DNA from: Parcubacteria group bacterium GW2011_GWD2_42_14
GTDB taxonomy: Bacteria; Patescibacteriota; Minisyncoccia; Phycocordibacterales; UBA12088
Length of the DNA: 64,000 nt
Assembly (NCBI GenBank): GCA_000998045.1
Contig: LCCS01000007.1
Location: 5,220 to 69,219, forward strand
Direction: 5' to 3'
The stretch's first letter is position 1; every line of letters starts with the position of its first letter. The notes under the pieces were generated by a model. It ran no database searches, was not told where the DNA came from, and saw only the letters and a list, made by a program, of their open reading frames with translations. This document shows, piece by piece, positions 18,629-29,070 of this stretch. Both the position numbers and the translations under genes were made by a program.

Positions 18629-19708
18629 TTAGGCAAAAAAGGCAACCATTCCTATAAACAGTAAAGCGAGTATGACAAGTATCCACGTTGTAGTTCGTAC
18701 CAATCTTTTTGCAAAGGATACATTCTGTGACTTGTGCGTACTTTGTGGTGTTTGCCCTGCTTTCTTGAGCATACTTCGTACATACCTACGTACACCCACG
18801 ATAAAGGTGAGGAGTACTATTGCAAGTGCACCGAATGCTATTCCAATTTCCTTCAATGGTAATACCCAGAAACTTACCTCTTTTGTGATAGTTCTTTTTT
18901 GTGTATCACCGAAGAGCACACTTGCTTCCGCCGTATATCTTCCGAGTGCAAAGCCGTCAAATTCCCATGTGGTATCAAACACTCGGTCGAATCGAGGAAG
19001 TATAGCCCCCCCTGTCTCATTAAACTTCACCTGCCCTACTTCATTACCAAACATATCAAAGATATTGATAATACCAAGGGGTCGTTGATGTATCGTACCA
19101 GTGTTCTCTATTTTGGTTTTAAATATTACCGACGGCGTCGTAACGATAGCCTTTTCGGTAAAAAATTCACGGAAGAGCATGTCGTCGTTTATCTCACCTC
19201 GCACTCTCAGGTTCACGAGTGACGCTACGTGGAAGCCCACTCCAGCTCCTGTCTCGGTAACCTTGTCAGCTTCTCGCGTTACGAAGAAAGCGGCAAAGTA
19301 ACTCCCCGGAGATGCATCTGTAGGTACTTCTATGCGATACGGCACTGCGACAGATTCACCTACCTCCATGGTAACAGATTCAAGAGAGGGCTTCAGCCAT
19401 GCAGCTGCTTCCAAAGGATCATTGTTATTCACTTCATCTGCAAACGAGGGCGTACCTGTCTCACTCATCCCTGTAATGTTTCGCGTACCGATATAGTATG
19501 TTTGTTTTCCCCCCTCTTCGTTTGAGACGGTAAGCACACCCTCAAGCACCTGCCCTGCATCCACCACTTCGTCTATCTGGCTCGGCTGGACCTTAACTGC
19601 AAGACCGCCCTGCGCATGTGCACATGTACTCTGGAGAGTTAGGAGCCCTATTAAAAACATACCACTACCCAGCAATTTTATACTTTTAAGTGTACTGTGT
19701 TTTACCAT
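18629..19708 (-). CDS. DUF916/DUF3324-like (WxL-interacting-like) membrane-anchored Ig protein, paralog 1
   Basis: Signal peptide; YRIEVPTDASPGSYFA; ENTGTIHQRPLG; GRYTA; FWVLP followed by TM helices. Confidence 0.75.
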   Translation of the reverse strand: MVKHSTLKSIKLLGSGMFLIGLLTLQSTCAHAQGGLAVKVQPSQIDEVVDAGQVLEGVLTVSNEEGGKQTYYIGTRNITGMSETGTPSFADEVNNNDPLEAAAWLKPSLESVTMEVGESVAVPYRIEVPTDASPGSYFAAFFVTREADKVTETGAGVGFHVASLVNLRVRGEINDDMLFREFFTEKAIVTTPSVIFKTKIENTGTIHQRPLGIINIFDMFGNEVGQVKFNETGGAILPRFDRVFDTTWEFDGFALGRYTAEASVLFGDTQKRTITKEVSFWVLPLKEIGIAFGALAIVLLTFIVGVRRYVRSMLKKAGQTPQSTHKSQNVSFAKRLVRTTTWILVILALLFIGMVAFFA

Positions 19709-19732
19709 AAGAAAATTAAATGATTTTTCAAT

Positions 19733-19771
19733 CTATAAACCTCCGTACAAAAAATGTGCGGAGGTTTATAG
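19733..19771. terminator. Strong hairpin after the pilin-like subunit gene
   Basis: CTATAAACCTCCGTACA...TGTGCGGAGGTTTATAG. Confidence 0.65.
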
Positions 19772-19804
19772 TATAGCATTAGCGTAAAGTATACCTCGCT
19801 ACTT

Positions 19805-20973
19805 CTAGAATACTGGCGTAGCAATGTAGGTAAGTGTAGCAGTGTAATCTTTTGCAGCTTCCTGTAGATTGCTAATCTCAACTTTGTAAGCTACGGTCGT
19901 TGTACCAACTCCCATACCACCAGACTGTAATGCAGGTAGAGGGTGATAAAACACTTCTACAGGATTGTTTATGAAGTTACCAACATACGCCGCCTGTGCA
20001 TTTCCCCACAGACTCGGTACGGTACTTGAACTCACTACGTTGTCGTCAGAGGTAAGTCCCCAGTGACCATAGGTATCAATCGAACCAAGCACTGGTGTAG
20101 GACCATCCCATAAGGTACTTGAGGCAATACCTCCTGCATCTGGTCCGTTAACAAACGGATTAATCGTCGCGCCGTTTCCTGATGTAAGCGTTTGGTCTGC
20201 AAACACGGTAACGCTGAAGCCGTTAAGTGCGTTTGTGTCAACTCGAAGTTGCTGTGCCATAAGTTTCGCTGTATCAGGAGCAATGATACCGAAAGGAACT
20301 GTAGTTGCTGTAGAAGAAGCAAAGGTGGTAGTGACGTCATCGTTGACACTAACACCTCCTGCAACTCCCTTTATAGAGATACCGAAGCGGTAACAGTAAC
20401 ATCATCAATAACTGCAATACGAGTATCTCCTGAATCAGTCATCGTTCCTCCAAGACGTATCACGTATGAATCGGCTGTTGCAGGGTTCGCAATGAAGTTT
20501 GTAACTCCCGCAACAATTTGTACAACGGTGCCGGCAGTAATGCTGTCAGTTGGACATACGGTAAGTTCAATAAAATCAGCAGTGTCATCTACATCACTCG
20601 CGTACATCTCACTCGCGGCTCCAGTACAGTTTCCAACAGCAGCGACTTCGGTGATAGTACCGCCTGAAACAGCTGAAATATTGATATCACCAAGAGCAAG
20701 ACCTGTCAGGTCAAACTCTTGACCATCTGGATCAAAAGTAACACGTAGTGTTTCCGATGCAGCTATGGCATTTACTAACTCAAACTGTAATGTGTGCGTG
20801 GCATCTAAACCTATATCTGAATCTGATAATGTGTCGCTAAACTCAACAACGTTGTCTGCGTTTGCGTTATGAATCATGGCAGGCAAGCCTAAACTCCATG
20901 CAAGCAATGCGACAATAGTCGCTAGAGCGATAGTTCTATAGTGCATTGGAAATGCGAATGCTATATTTTTCAT
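19805..20973 (-). pseudogene. Two-domain WxL/pilin-like secreted subunit (~390 aa), frameshifted at ~20375
   Basis: Frame 1: signal peptide ...DTRIAVIDDVTVTASV then TAA. Frame 2 resumes SIKGVAGGVSVNDDVTTTFASSTATTVPFGIIAP...DYTATLTYIATPVF. Confidence 0.8.
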
Positions 20974-21106
20974 GCGTGATTGTTAATAATAATTAATAAA
21001 AAGGGCTGACTAATGTATAGCTAAAAAACCTATACGTACGGATGTACATATAACAGCAATGGTGAAATGGTGAGCGAATACAATCCGCCAACTACATTCA
21101 ATAATG

Positions 21107-21152
21107 ATTATACATGGTATATAGCTTTTAAATGTAATAATACTGTGGATAA
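21107..21152 (-). promoter_or_regulatory. -10 TATAAT with perfect DnaA box TTATCCACA upstream
   Basis: -10 at 21107-21112, box at 21144-21152, 31-bp gap. Confidence 0.55.
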
Positions 21153-21278
21153 CACGACGTAAATTTTAAATTTACAATTTGAAATTTGAAATTTGAAAAC
21201 AGCGCTGCACTCTTCTCTACAACGAATTGAAGGAAGAGAAATATAAAACCATCCACAAATTAACCATTGAAATTTTTT

Positions 21279-21342
21279 CGTCTTTGCGAGTCGAAACGAA
21301 GCAAACCATATATGGATCGCTTTGTTGCGACTCGCGATGACA
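21279..21342. repeat. CGTC-tagged REP-like palindrome
   Basis: CGTCTTTGCGAGTCG..ACGAAGC...GCTTTGTTGCGACTCGCGATGAC; near-identical left half at 25273. Confidence 0.75.
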
Positions 21343-21418
21343 ATCCTACTGGTTAGTTGTTGCTTGTATAAGCAATACTTTCCGAGCAGTTATTTGAATC
21401 TTTTATTTCCCCAATACA

Positions 21419-22930
21419 CTACTCTTCTTGTAGTTCTATAGTGCTTCCATCAGGACGAACCTCCGTCACACTGTAGTCACGCGTAACAGTCATCACATCC
21501 TCAAAGAAAAAGCTCAGCACAAAGCCACCAAACGCCACAACCACAACAGAAACAAAAAACAACCAGTACTTGTAAAGAAATGTACCGAAGGTGAGTACCT
21601 CTGTATGTTGCTGGTGATGTGACATGTACACAGCCTGCACATCAGGCTCTATCACTTCACGCGCAGGGGTACCTACACGTCTCAAATCTATCAACCCTGC
21701 TTTAATAGGCTGTACCAGTGTGCCTAGTTTAATACGAGGAACTTCAGTAGCTACATACTTACTCTGTGGTACATGCGCTGTCTGAAAGTCACCCTGCATC
21801 TGCAAATGTGCGGTTTCGAGAGCGAGTGCACGACGAATGTAGAGTCGTAGTACCCATCCCACAAAGAACACGAGTGCGAGTAAACCTCCAACAATCTGTA
21901 ATAACGGCACTACTGGCAGTACATAGAAGTATGTCGTCGCAAGTGCTGACTGCTTGGCGTCCTTACCATACCCTATCGTTGCTTCTGCTTTATATCTCCC
22001 TATATCCCACAAGCCCGTATCTGACTCCCATGTAAAGCTAAATTTGCGCACGCTGTTTGGAAGCACGTTTCCATAATCCTTTTGCTGGTTAATAGGAATC
22101 GTTCCTCGCACCTTTCCAAACATGTTGTAGATAACAATATTTCCCTGCGGTATGAGGTGTACATTTCCTTTGTTCTCAAACCGTAGTGAGAGTTTTGCTG
22201 TTGCAGTGTCATACACCATTTCTTCCGTAGCAAAATCTCGTATCTGTCCTTTCTCAATCACATCACCGGAAACGGAAAGAAAGATGAGTGAGGCTATGGA
22301 ACTGGTAACATTCACCGTGTTGCCTTCCACCCCTCTCCCCTCTGGAGATCTGTTTCCTATCAGGATAGCTGCATAATGTCCGCCTGGGGCGGCATCATTC
22401 GGAACAGTAATAGTAAGTGGGAGTTTGTACGTCTGCTCCCGCACAATAGAAAACGCTTCTTGAGGCACAGTAATCCATCCTGCTAGTGTAGAGCTCTCCT
22501 CACTTTCAGCAGTAGGAGTAATGAAGACAGGACTTCCACTTTCACCTGATGGGCGAAAAAGTACCGGGTCTGCAAATAAAGAGAGGTCGTACTGGTTGTT
22601 GTTCACGACCGTGATATATGAAGACCATGTCTCCCCCGGTTGCAGGTTTATCTGGAAGAGAGGCGGAGCAATCGTTAAACTCAAACCCATCTCAGATGCA
22701 AAGAGAAGTGAGGTGGGACTGAAAATACTGACACAGCACAAAAAGACAGTGCAGGCACGACCGATATTGTACTTATAGGACTTATGCAAACGAGTGGAGT
22801 TCGAGGCGAGCAAACAAAATAATACGAGGCGTATAGATAGTACGGTGAGTATTATTTTGTGTAGCACAACGAAGAAATCCGCCGCTTGCGTATGTCCTAT
22901 CTTACCTTCTCGAAGATAACTGAATAACAT
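21419..22930 (-). CDS. DUF916/DUF3324-like membrane-anchored Ig protein, paralog 2 (start uncertain; N-terminus includes an in-frame palindromic element)
   Basis: ITVPNDAAPGGHYAAI; ENKGNVHLIPQG; GRYKA; FYVLP followed by TM; second C-terminal TM. Confidence 0.75.
   Translation of the reverse strand: MLFSYLREGKIGHTQAADFFVVLHKIILTVLSIRLVLFCLLASNSTRLHKSYKYNIGRACTVFLCCVSIFSPTSLLFASEMGLSLTIAPPLFQINLQPGETWSSYITVVNNNQYDLSLFADPVLFRPSGESGSPVFITPTAESEESSTLAGWITVPQEAFSIVREQTYKLPLTITVPNDAAPGGHYAAILIGNRSPEGRGVEGNTVNVTSSIASLIFLSVSGDVIEKGQIRDFATEEMVYDTATAKLSLRFENKGNVHLIPQGNIVIYNMFGKVRGTIPINQQKDYGNVLPNSVRKFSFTWESDTGLWDIGRYKAEATIGYGKDAKQSALATTYFYVLPVVPLLQIVGGLLALVFFVGWVLRLYIRRALALETAHLQMQGDFQTAHVPQSKYVATEVPRIKLGTLVQPIKAGLIDLRRVGTPAREVIEPDVQAVYMSHHQQHTEVLTFGTFLYKYWLFFVSVVVVAFGGFVLSFFFEDVMTVTRDYSVTEVRPDGSTIELQEE
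22778..22897. mobile_element. 120-bp palindromic element (family P), inside a reading frame
   Basis: TA|GGACTTATGC...GCGTATGTCC|TA, exactly 120 bp, with family core. Confidence 0.85.
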
Positions 22931-24218
22931 TTCCATGTGTTTTAGTATTCCCTTTTGTATCCCTTGGCGCAAGAGTCACTGTGGCACCATACGTATGTGC
23001 TTCATTTCTGCGAGATACCTGCTCTCGTGCCTGCCTTGCGTCCGTAAGGTGCAGATGGGTTACCGATGTATGTGTCTGTGGTATACGAGCAGATACTTGT
23101 GGTATTCGACTGGTTCGTCGGACATCACTACGCTCTACGAGGTCCTCATCTACACGTGCTTCCGCGCGCTTGCGAGCACGTGCTGGTTGCGCCATGGAGC
23201 TCATATGCACAATGTATGTACCTACTACGGCAAGTACGAGAACTCCCATCAAGGCTGCCGTAATCTCTTTCCATGGGAAGACCCAGAAGTACACCGTGTC
23301 TTGTACGCTTGCAAGCTGGTTTTCTCCATACTCAAGATCAAGGAACGCTTTATACTTTCCAAACCTGCCCACAGCACTCCATGACGCCGCAAGTTGTCTT
23401 TTATTTTCAGGATTTATTTCTTCACCGTCAGCGTTTAAAGGAATACTCCCCACCTCCTCTCCTTTGCGGTTAAAGATGCGTATTGAACCCCTTGGTTCAA
23501 GCAAACGGTTCCCCACGTTTTCAAGCAAATATGAAAAAGATACTGAGTTGCCAAGCACTACACTATCTTCACTTATAAAATTTCCCAACTGTAATCGCTC
23601 TATCGCATTGTCTTCCACCTCTACATTGAGCATGAGTGCGCTTCCTTCTATACCTGCTTCTGCTTCGGTGCGACGTGCCCCTTCACGAAACTGTAGTCGC
23701 GCGTAGTAGCTTCCGGGCTTTGCACTCAAGTTGACATGTATCAAGTACGGAATTTTTCGACTCTCTCGAGGGTCAAGATCTATCACTCCTCGGGTGATTT
23801 CTACCCAGTTTGCCAAAGACGTCGATAGGTCCGATGCTCCTGGCCCCACAAACTCTTTTGCACCTTCAGTGGGGTCGATATTTTCTACTGATATGTATAC
23901 ATCTACTCGCTTGTCAGTATTGTTGGTAACAATCACCTCTTTTTTGATAATGTCCCGTGGTTTTGCTTTTTCATTTGCTACTACTGGAGAAACAGAAAAC
24001 GTACTCAACCCCATACTCGTGTCTGGTATCGAGCCATCAACTTCTGCCTCTGCTTCTACTTCTACTTCTACTGGTACAGCATCCTCTATCTCACCTTGCG
24101 GAAGTGGTTCTTCTGCAAATACTAGTACTGTAGTAGTAATTAAGGTATACGCAAAAAAACAGGCCAACATACCGAAAAGAAAGGCCTGACGTACGGCTAC
24201 CTGAGTGTTTACCCCCAT
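22902..24218 (-). CDS. DUF916/DUF3324-like membrane-anchored Ig protein, paralog 3
   Basis: YLIHVNLSAKPGSYYA; ENVGNRLLEPRG; GKYKA; FWVFP followed by TM. Confidence 0.75.
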   Translation of the reverse strand: MGVNTQVAVRQAFLFGMLACFFAYTLITTTVLVFAEEPLPQGEIEDAVPVEVEVEAEAEVDGSIPDTSMGLSTFSVSPVVANEKAKPRDIIKKEVIVTNNTDKRVDVYISVENIDPTEGAKEFVGPGASDLSTSLANWVEITRGVIDLDPRESRKIPYLIHVNLSAKPGSYYARLQFREGARRTEAEAGIEGSALMLNVEVEDNAIERLQLGNFISEDSVVLGNSVSFSYLLENVGNRLLEPRGSIRIFNRKGEEVGSIPLNADGEEINPENKRQLAASWSAVGRFGKYKAFLDLEYGENQLASVQDTVYFWVFPWKEITAALMGVLVLAVVGTYIVHMSSMAQPARARKRAEARVDEDLVERSDVRRTSRIPQVSARIPQTHTSVTHLHLTDARQAREQVSRRNEAHTYGATVTLAPRDTKGNTKTHGNVIQLSSRR

Positions 24219-24224
24219 AGGTAT

Positions 24225-24271
24225 ATTGTAGCGTATCTACGCAAAAAACTAGCATTTAAAGGTGTGTATAG
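24225..24271 (-). promoter_or_regulatory. Leaderless-type -10 TACAAT with upstream 9-mer CTATACACA
   Basis: -10 at 24225-24230, 6 nt before ATG 24218; box at 24263-24271, 32-bp gap. Confidence 0.5.
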
Positions 24272-24336
24272 AGTGGGCAAATTTGAAATTTGAAATGAAT
24301 CCCGTTAAAGATCCTGCCATTTATGTAAGTTCTGAA

Positions 24337-24551
24337 GGACTTACGTAAACGGATGCAGTTCGAGGCGCGCAAACAAAATACTACGAGCCGTACAGGCAGG
24401 TACGGTGAGGAGTATTTTGTGTAGCGCAACAAAGAAATGCGACCAATTTTTCTTATGAGCCTTGCAATTAGAAAAATGAAGTACTCTTGCCTGCCCCGTA
24501 CCCATTGCGAAGCTTTGTGGTACTGGGGTGGTGCGCCATTTATGTAATTTC
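24337..24551. mobile_element. Family P element with two levels of nested inserts
   Basis: Family core plus the same ACCA...TGGT insert as the 12812 copy, itself interrupted at 24490-24528 by a CCTG-hairpin. Confidence 0.8.
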
Positions 24552-24556
24552 TGAAA

Positions 24557-24676
24557 GGACTTACATAAATGGATGCAGTTCGAGGCGCCCAAACAAAATG
24601 GAACGAGTTGTATGAACAATACTACGAGAGACATTTTGTGTAGGACAACGATGAAATGCGCCGTTTCCGTAAGTCC
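24557..24676. mobile_element. 120-bp palindromic element (family P), tandem copy abutting a TAG stop
   Basis: GGACTTACATAAATGG...CCGTTTCCGTAAGTCC; last base overlaps the TAG at 24676-24678. Confidence 0.85.
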
Positions 24677-25230
24677 TACACGAAATAATGAAATAAGATG
24701 ACAGTAGCTACCGGCAAAAACAAGTTATCTGATCCTCGCAATGATACCACTTCAACAGCAGTGAGAACGACTGCCATATATAATGCTTGTACGTACTGTA
24801 CGTCAAAAAATACGAGGACACAGAAAGATGCTACGAGACAGGCAAAGGAACCTTCAAAGGAACGTTTTTCATCATATATATGATACGTGTGGGTACCGAA
24901 ACGTATACCTGCGAGCGCTGCAAATGTATCAGCAAGCGCTAATAATAGCATCGCAGTCTGGAAAAGAGGCACATTTTCGGGCAAAGCTACGTATGCGGTC
25001 ACCACTACCCCTACTACAAAGAACAGTTCACCGAAAGAAACTCGTTCGACATTGTGCACAGCAGTATGCAGACGAGCAAACCGTATAAACATAAATACAC
25101 CCAAAAGCACGAGTGCAATGAAGATAAGTACCTCTACACGCACAAGAGTAGCAAGAACAGCAAATGCCATTGCAAGCACTGCGTGCAATCCTTTTCGGAT
25201 AAATTCTTTATGTATATGCATATTTTCCAT
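24676..25230 (-). CDS. Phytol/dolichol kinase-like (CTP-transferase-like) membrane protein
   Basis: EFIRKGLH, LALADTFAALAG, KRSFEGS, GSDNLFLP motifs; multi-TM. Confidence 0.8.
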   Translation of the reverse strand: MENMHIHKEFIRKGLHAVLAMAFAVLATLVRVEVLIFIALVLLGVFMFIRFARLHTAVHNVERVSFGELFFVVGVVVTAYVALPENVPLFQTAMLLLALADTFAALAGIRFGTHTYHIYDEKRSFEGSFACLVASFCVLVFFDVQYVQALYMAVVLTAVEVVSLRGSDNLFLPVATVILFHYFV

Positions 25231-25272
25231 TCCAGGTAACCGTACACTTTACACAACTAACTCCAAAAATAT

Positions 25273-25326
25273 CGTCTTTGCGAGTCGCAACGAAGCAAAC
25301 CAGGTCTTGTTTACAGGTGCGACTCG
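25273..25326. repeat. CGTC-tagged REP-like palindrome (partial)
   Basis: CGTCTTTGCGAGTCGCAACGAAGCAAACCA matches 21279 at 29/30 positions. Confidence 0.7.
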
Positions 25327-25365
25327 GTTAGTTAGAGATGGTATAGAAACAACAGGTCAACTCTT

Positions 25366-25719
25366 TTACACCACTGCGTCACGAAGTTGGTCACGCGTCT
25401 CACTATATGTTTTTTGTATCGCCTCAAGTTCACGAGCAACAAATTCAGGTAAATCTGTCATGTGTGCGTCTAGAAAGGCAAATACCTCCTCTTGCTTTGC
25501 ACCATCCTCGGGGTTTGCTTCACTGCTCTCAAGAAGGCTCGTAAGAATGTCACGTTTTGAACTATCAAGTTCAGCCCATGCTTTATGCAGGATTTTTTGC
25601 ATTATCACTTCACCGACATCTTCTGCAAATTCCTCGAATTCTTCTTTAGAAGCATCTTCTAAATCAAAGGAGTCTACATTTGTATTTTTTGTATCATTCA
25701 TATCTATATCGTTATGCAT
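25366..25719 (-). CDS. Small acidic helical protein (CPR DUF5663-like)
   Basis: EEFAEDVGEVIMQKIL...FLDAHMTDLPEFVAREL; ATG directly abuts the upstream stop. Confidence 0.65.
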   Translation of the reverse strand: MHNDIDMNDTKNTNVDSFDLEDASKEEFEEFAEDVGEVIMQKILHKAWAELDSSKRDILTSLLESSEANPEDGAKQEEVFAFLDAHMTDLPEFVARELEAIQKTYSETRDQLRDAVV

Positions 25720-28700
25720 TTAGAATTTTTTTGTCTCTATAACTTGTCCTTCTGGGGCGTTTGGATGCAGTTTTTTAAGCATGGCTTCGTGTTGTTCCAA
25801 CTGTAGCATTACATCTTTCGGTTTCATACCATCATAGGCACTCCAGTCAATGGAAAACTTGGCAAGTGGTGTATCGCTAGCACCTTTAAGTGCTACTGCG
25901 ATGTCAGTTAACTGCGCATGGACCATGTCCCTAAAGGTGTGGTTGTTTTCGGAGTTAAAAAATTGATGTGCGGTGAGCGAACGCCATTCAGGCTCTTCTG
26001 TAGGATACTTAATCTCTACCAGCTTTGTTATTTCAGGTGTAACTTCAATAGGCGGAAGTTTTGCAACGGCTCTCGTGCCATATACAGGATCTGTATTCCA
26101 CCCCACTTTTGGTGCCTCATACTTAGCGAGAGGTATTCGCTCAACTTCTGGAAGAGTGGTTTTACTTTCAGGAACTGCCGTATCTGGTTTACTTTCAGGT
26201 ACTGCCGTATTTTTAGGAACGGTAACTGGCTCTGGTATTGGTTCAGCTGTTGGTAGATTGTCTGGAGGGGTAGCAAGTTTAGGTCTGAAAGGTTCTACTT
26301 CTTCCAAACGCAAATGAAGTTTGTTGATAAGCTCTCCAAGCGTATCGTTATTTTTTACACTTTGTTCAATAATATCAGCAACATTTGGTATCTTCGGTTG
26401 TAGGGAATGCTCAAGCTTGTCCACAAGATTATATGTTAAAGCTTCAACCCCCGCACCCATCGTTACAGGGGGCTTATTATCAATGGTATACGTCAATGAT
26501 TTGCTTTTATCAAAAATATCCTCCATACGCACATGACTCATTGGTCCCCAGTAACTCATAATCAAGCTCCTTTGACCTTGAAGGACGGAACCTTGAAAGT
26601 ACCCCTCTTTGAATAAATCTGCTAATGCCGGTCGTGTAGCTGCACCATGGTAGTCAGGACCAATTTGCTCTTTAGCATGGGCTAGATCTTCCTTAATAGT
26701 CATCGGTGGTGCTTCTTTCGTAGGTTCAGGGACATCTTTAACCTCCGGTTTGGTAGCGTCTTCCAGTGGAAGAGATACTGGTGGTTTTTCTACAGGAGGA
26801 GTAACCTCAACCGGAACACTTTTGTGTCCGTGAATTTTTTCGATTTCAGTACTGAGCAAATCTTTATCAAGTGTAGCCTCATAAACGCCATTTACTTTTA
26901 CCTTATGCCAATCTTCGCCCTTGATATTGAAATCCCTCATCATATTAGGATCCTTTTCAATTTCTTGCTGAATCAAGTGGGCTATTTTACCCCGTTCAAC
27001 ATCAGTGAGATTTGGGTAGGTCTTCTTCACCCATGTATCGTTCTCAAGAAAATCTTGCAGTTCACCCTCTACACTTGAGCCTGCCTCATAGACACCTTTG
27101 AGCGTAACGCCTTTTTCAGAAATTATTTTAGATACGTCTGGGGTTGGTTCTAAAGGTGCCTCATTGAGATTTTTTGGTATTTCATAAGGTGGAACATCTT
27201 TCAGAGGTGGGGTTTGTGTATCTGTAGAAGCTTCTTCTCCAATACCAAGTTTTTGAAGTAGCTCTGCGATATCAGGCTTAGCTGAATATGCGTCCACCGC
27301 AGACTTTGGAATGACAAGTGACGCCTCTTCTGCAGAGGAGTACTTTTTTATTTCATCTTCAGGAAGAGTAGCAATGTCACCAGACTCGGGCTCTGGAACC
27401 TTAATGTCTACACCGCCGAAGTGAACGTCCTCTTGAGAACCTTCTGGTACTTTGATATCTACACCACCGAAGTGAACGTCCTCTTGAGAACCTTCTGGTA
27501 CTTTGATATCTACACCACCAAAGTGTATGTCTTTTTCAGAGAAAGTCGCAACATCCCCAGACTCAGGCATGTGCGTATCTACAGTTCCTGGTTTAGGTAT
27601 TTTTCCTTCTATAGGCTCTGGGGATTTTTCTTTGAAATCTTGAGGAATTCCAGATGATGAAGAATTCCCAAATACCGCTTCATACGCTTCTCCTCCCGCA
27701 ATTGATCCCACCCCACCAGCTGCCATTGCAGCTCCGACAGCAGCAACTGAAGACACCTTCTTTTTTAAGCGAACATCTCTCTGAATCGCTCGACGGTCTT
27801 CTCGGCTCTGACGAAGTGACGTTTCTTTAAATGATTCGTGCTGTTTTTTTAAAGCGCGTTCACCAAACTCTTCAGACTTTTTATCCCCATATCGTTTTGT
27901 CTCCAAAGCCGCAAAACCACCAAAAAACGTCCCAAATCCTTTACGTGCAGCCATGGCTCCCCCTGTAGCAAGTGCCCCTGCTGTAGCCCAACCTAATGCA
28001 CCCGCCCCCAAACCTGCAAGACCTGCCAGGCCGGCTCCATACAATGCCCGTTTTTTTAATGGAAGCTTTCTATACCACAACAAGAAAGCCTTCGATCCTC
28101 GAACAAGCTTATACCGCGATTCACCTTTTTCGTTTTCTTGGTAGCGTAGTCCCTCAAGCAGTTGTACCTCGTTGTCTATGTGGTGCTCGAGCATAGTCTC
28201 GTGACGCGCAACATACTCTGTAAGCGCATCATCTTTACTTTTTTTGGAAAGTTGCTCTTTTACAAAGTATTCCATTCGCTCTTGTCGATGTCCACGCAAC
28301 CCCTCAAGTAAGTTGTCGTAGGTATACTGTGCCTGAAGCATTTCTTGTTTTGCATTATCAAGTTCAGGTGTTGCGATAAACCGACGGAGCATTCCGGCAC
28401 CTCTTCGCTCTTCCTCATATTTTTTACTCGCTTCAAGGAATACTGCTTCTGCGTCTTTGACCTGAGCTCGATACGCTTTATAGTTTTCGCGAATTTCTTT
28501 CCACGCTTCATCTCTATTCCTCACTCTCTTGCAAACCTTCCGTGGTTGCACCACTCGCACTTGTTTCTTCAAACTCGGGGCTTGCACTGTCCTGTCGTTC
28601 AGGCTCTTCCAGCCCTTCGGGAAGTGTAAGGTCTGTTTCTGTACTTTCATTTTCTATTTCCTTCTCAGCTTTTATTTTTTTAGCTTCCTCACGTGCTTGA

Positions 28701-29062
28701 TCTATAAGTTCTTCTGGAAGAGGTTCTTCATTCACTTCTTCTACTTCAGCAGTAACATTTTCTTTCTCCTCTACCGACTCACCTCCTCCAGTATTTCCTT
28801 GAAATATCTGTTCTTCTATAGGCAATCGCTCAGGCTCCATCATAACCTCATCGGAAGTAGGTTCTTCTGTCGCATCAAGTCCGCGCTCTAAATCCTTCCC
28901 TACGAAAAAATCTTTAACCCAGCTTTGTTTCTCCACCGTTGTTGGCTTTGGTTTCCTTACTTGCGCCCTTGATCCTGCCCGCACCGCATCAATAGACTTC
29001 GGAACAACTTCTGATAAAGGTTTAGGTGGTTGTATACCATCGAAGCTTTTTGGTCCTTCCAT
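25720..29062 (-). pseudogene. Large (~1,110 aa) coiled-coil/Gly-Ala hydrophobic-hairpin protein split by a frameshift at ~28515
   Basis: The acidic 182-aa ORF ends QESEE*. The overlapping ORF becomes protein-like only from RDEAWKEIRENY. One promoter at 29071. Confidence 0.6.
27392..27535 (-). repeat. Coding tandem repeat, 51 bp x ~3 (EDVHFGGVDIKVPEGSQ)
   Basis: Near-identical direct repeats, flanked by PESGD(V/I)AT duplicates. Confidence 0.9.
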
Positions 29063-29070
29063 ATGTATAA

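Noticed and set aside
21100-21300. Replication origin (DnaA box plus AT-rich tract)
   Set aside because: Only one perfect box, no cluster and no dnaA/dnaN nearby; better explained as a promoter site.
27392-27535. Direct repeats as a CRISPR array
   Set aside because: Contiguous 51-bp coding repeats with no unique spacers; no cas genes.
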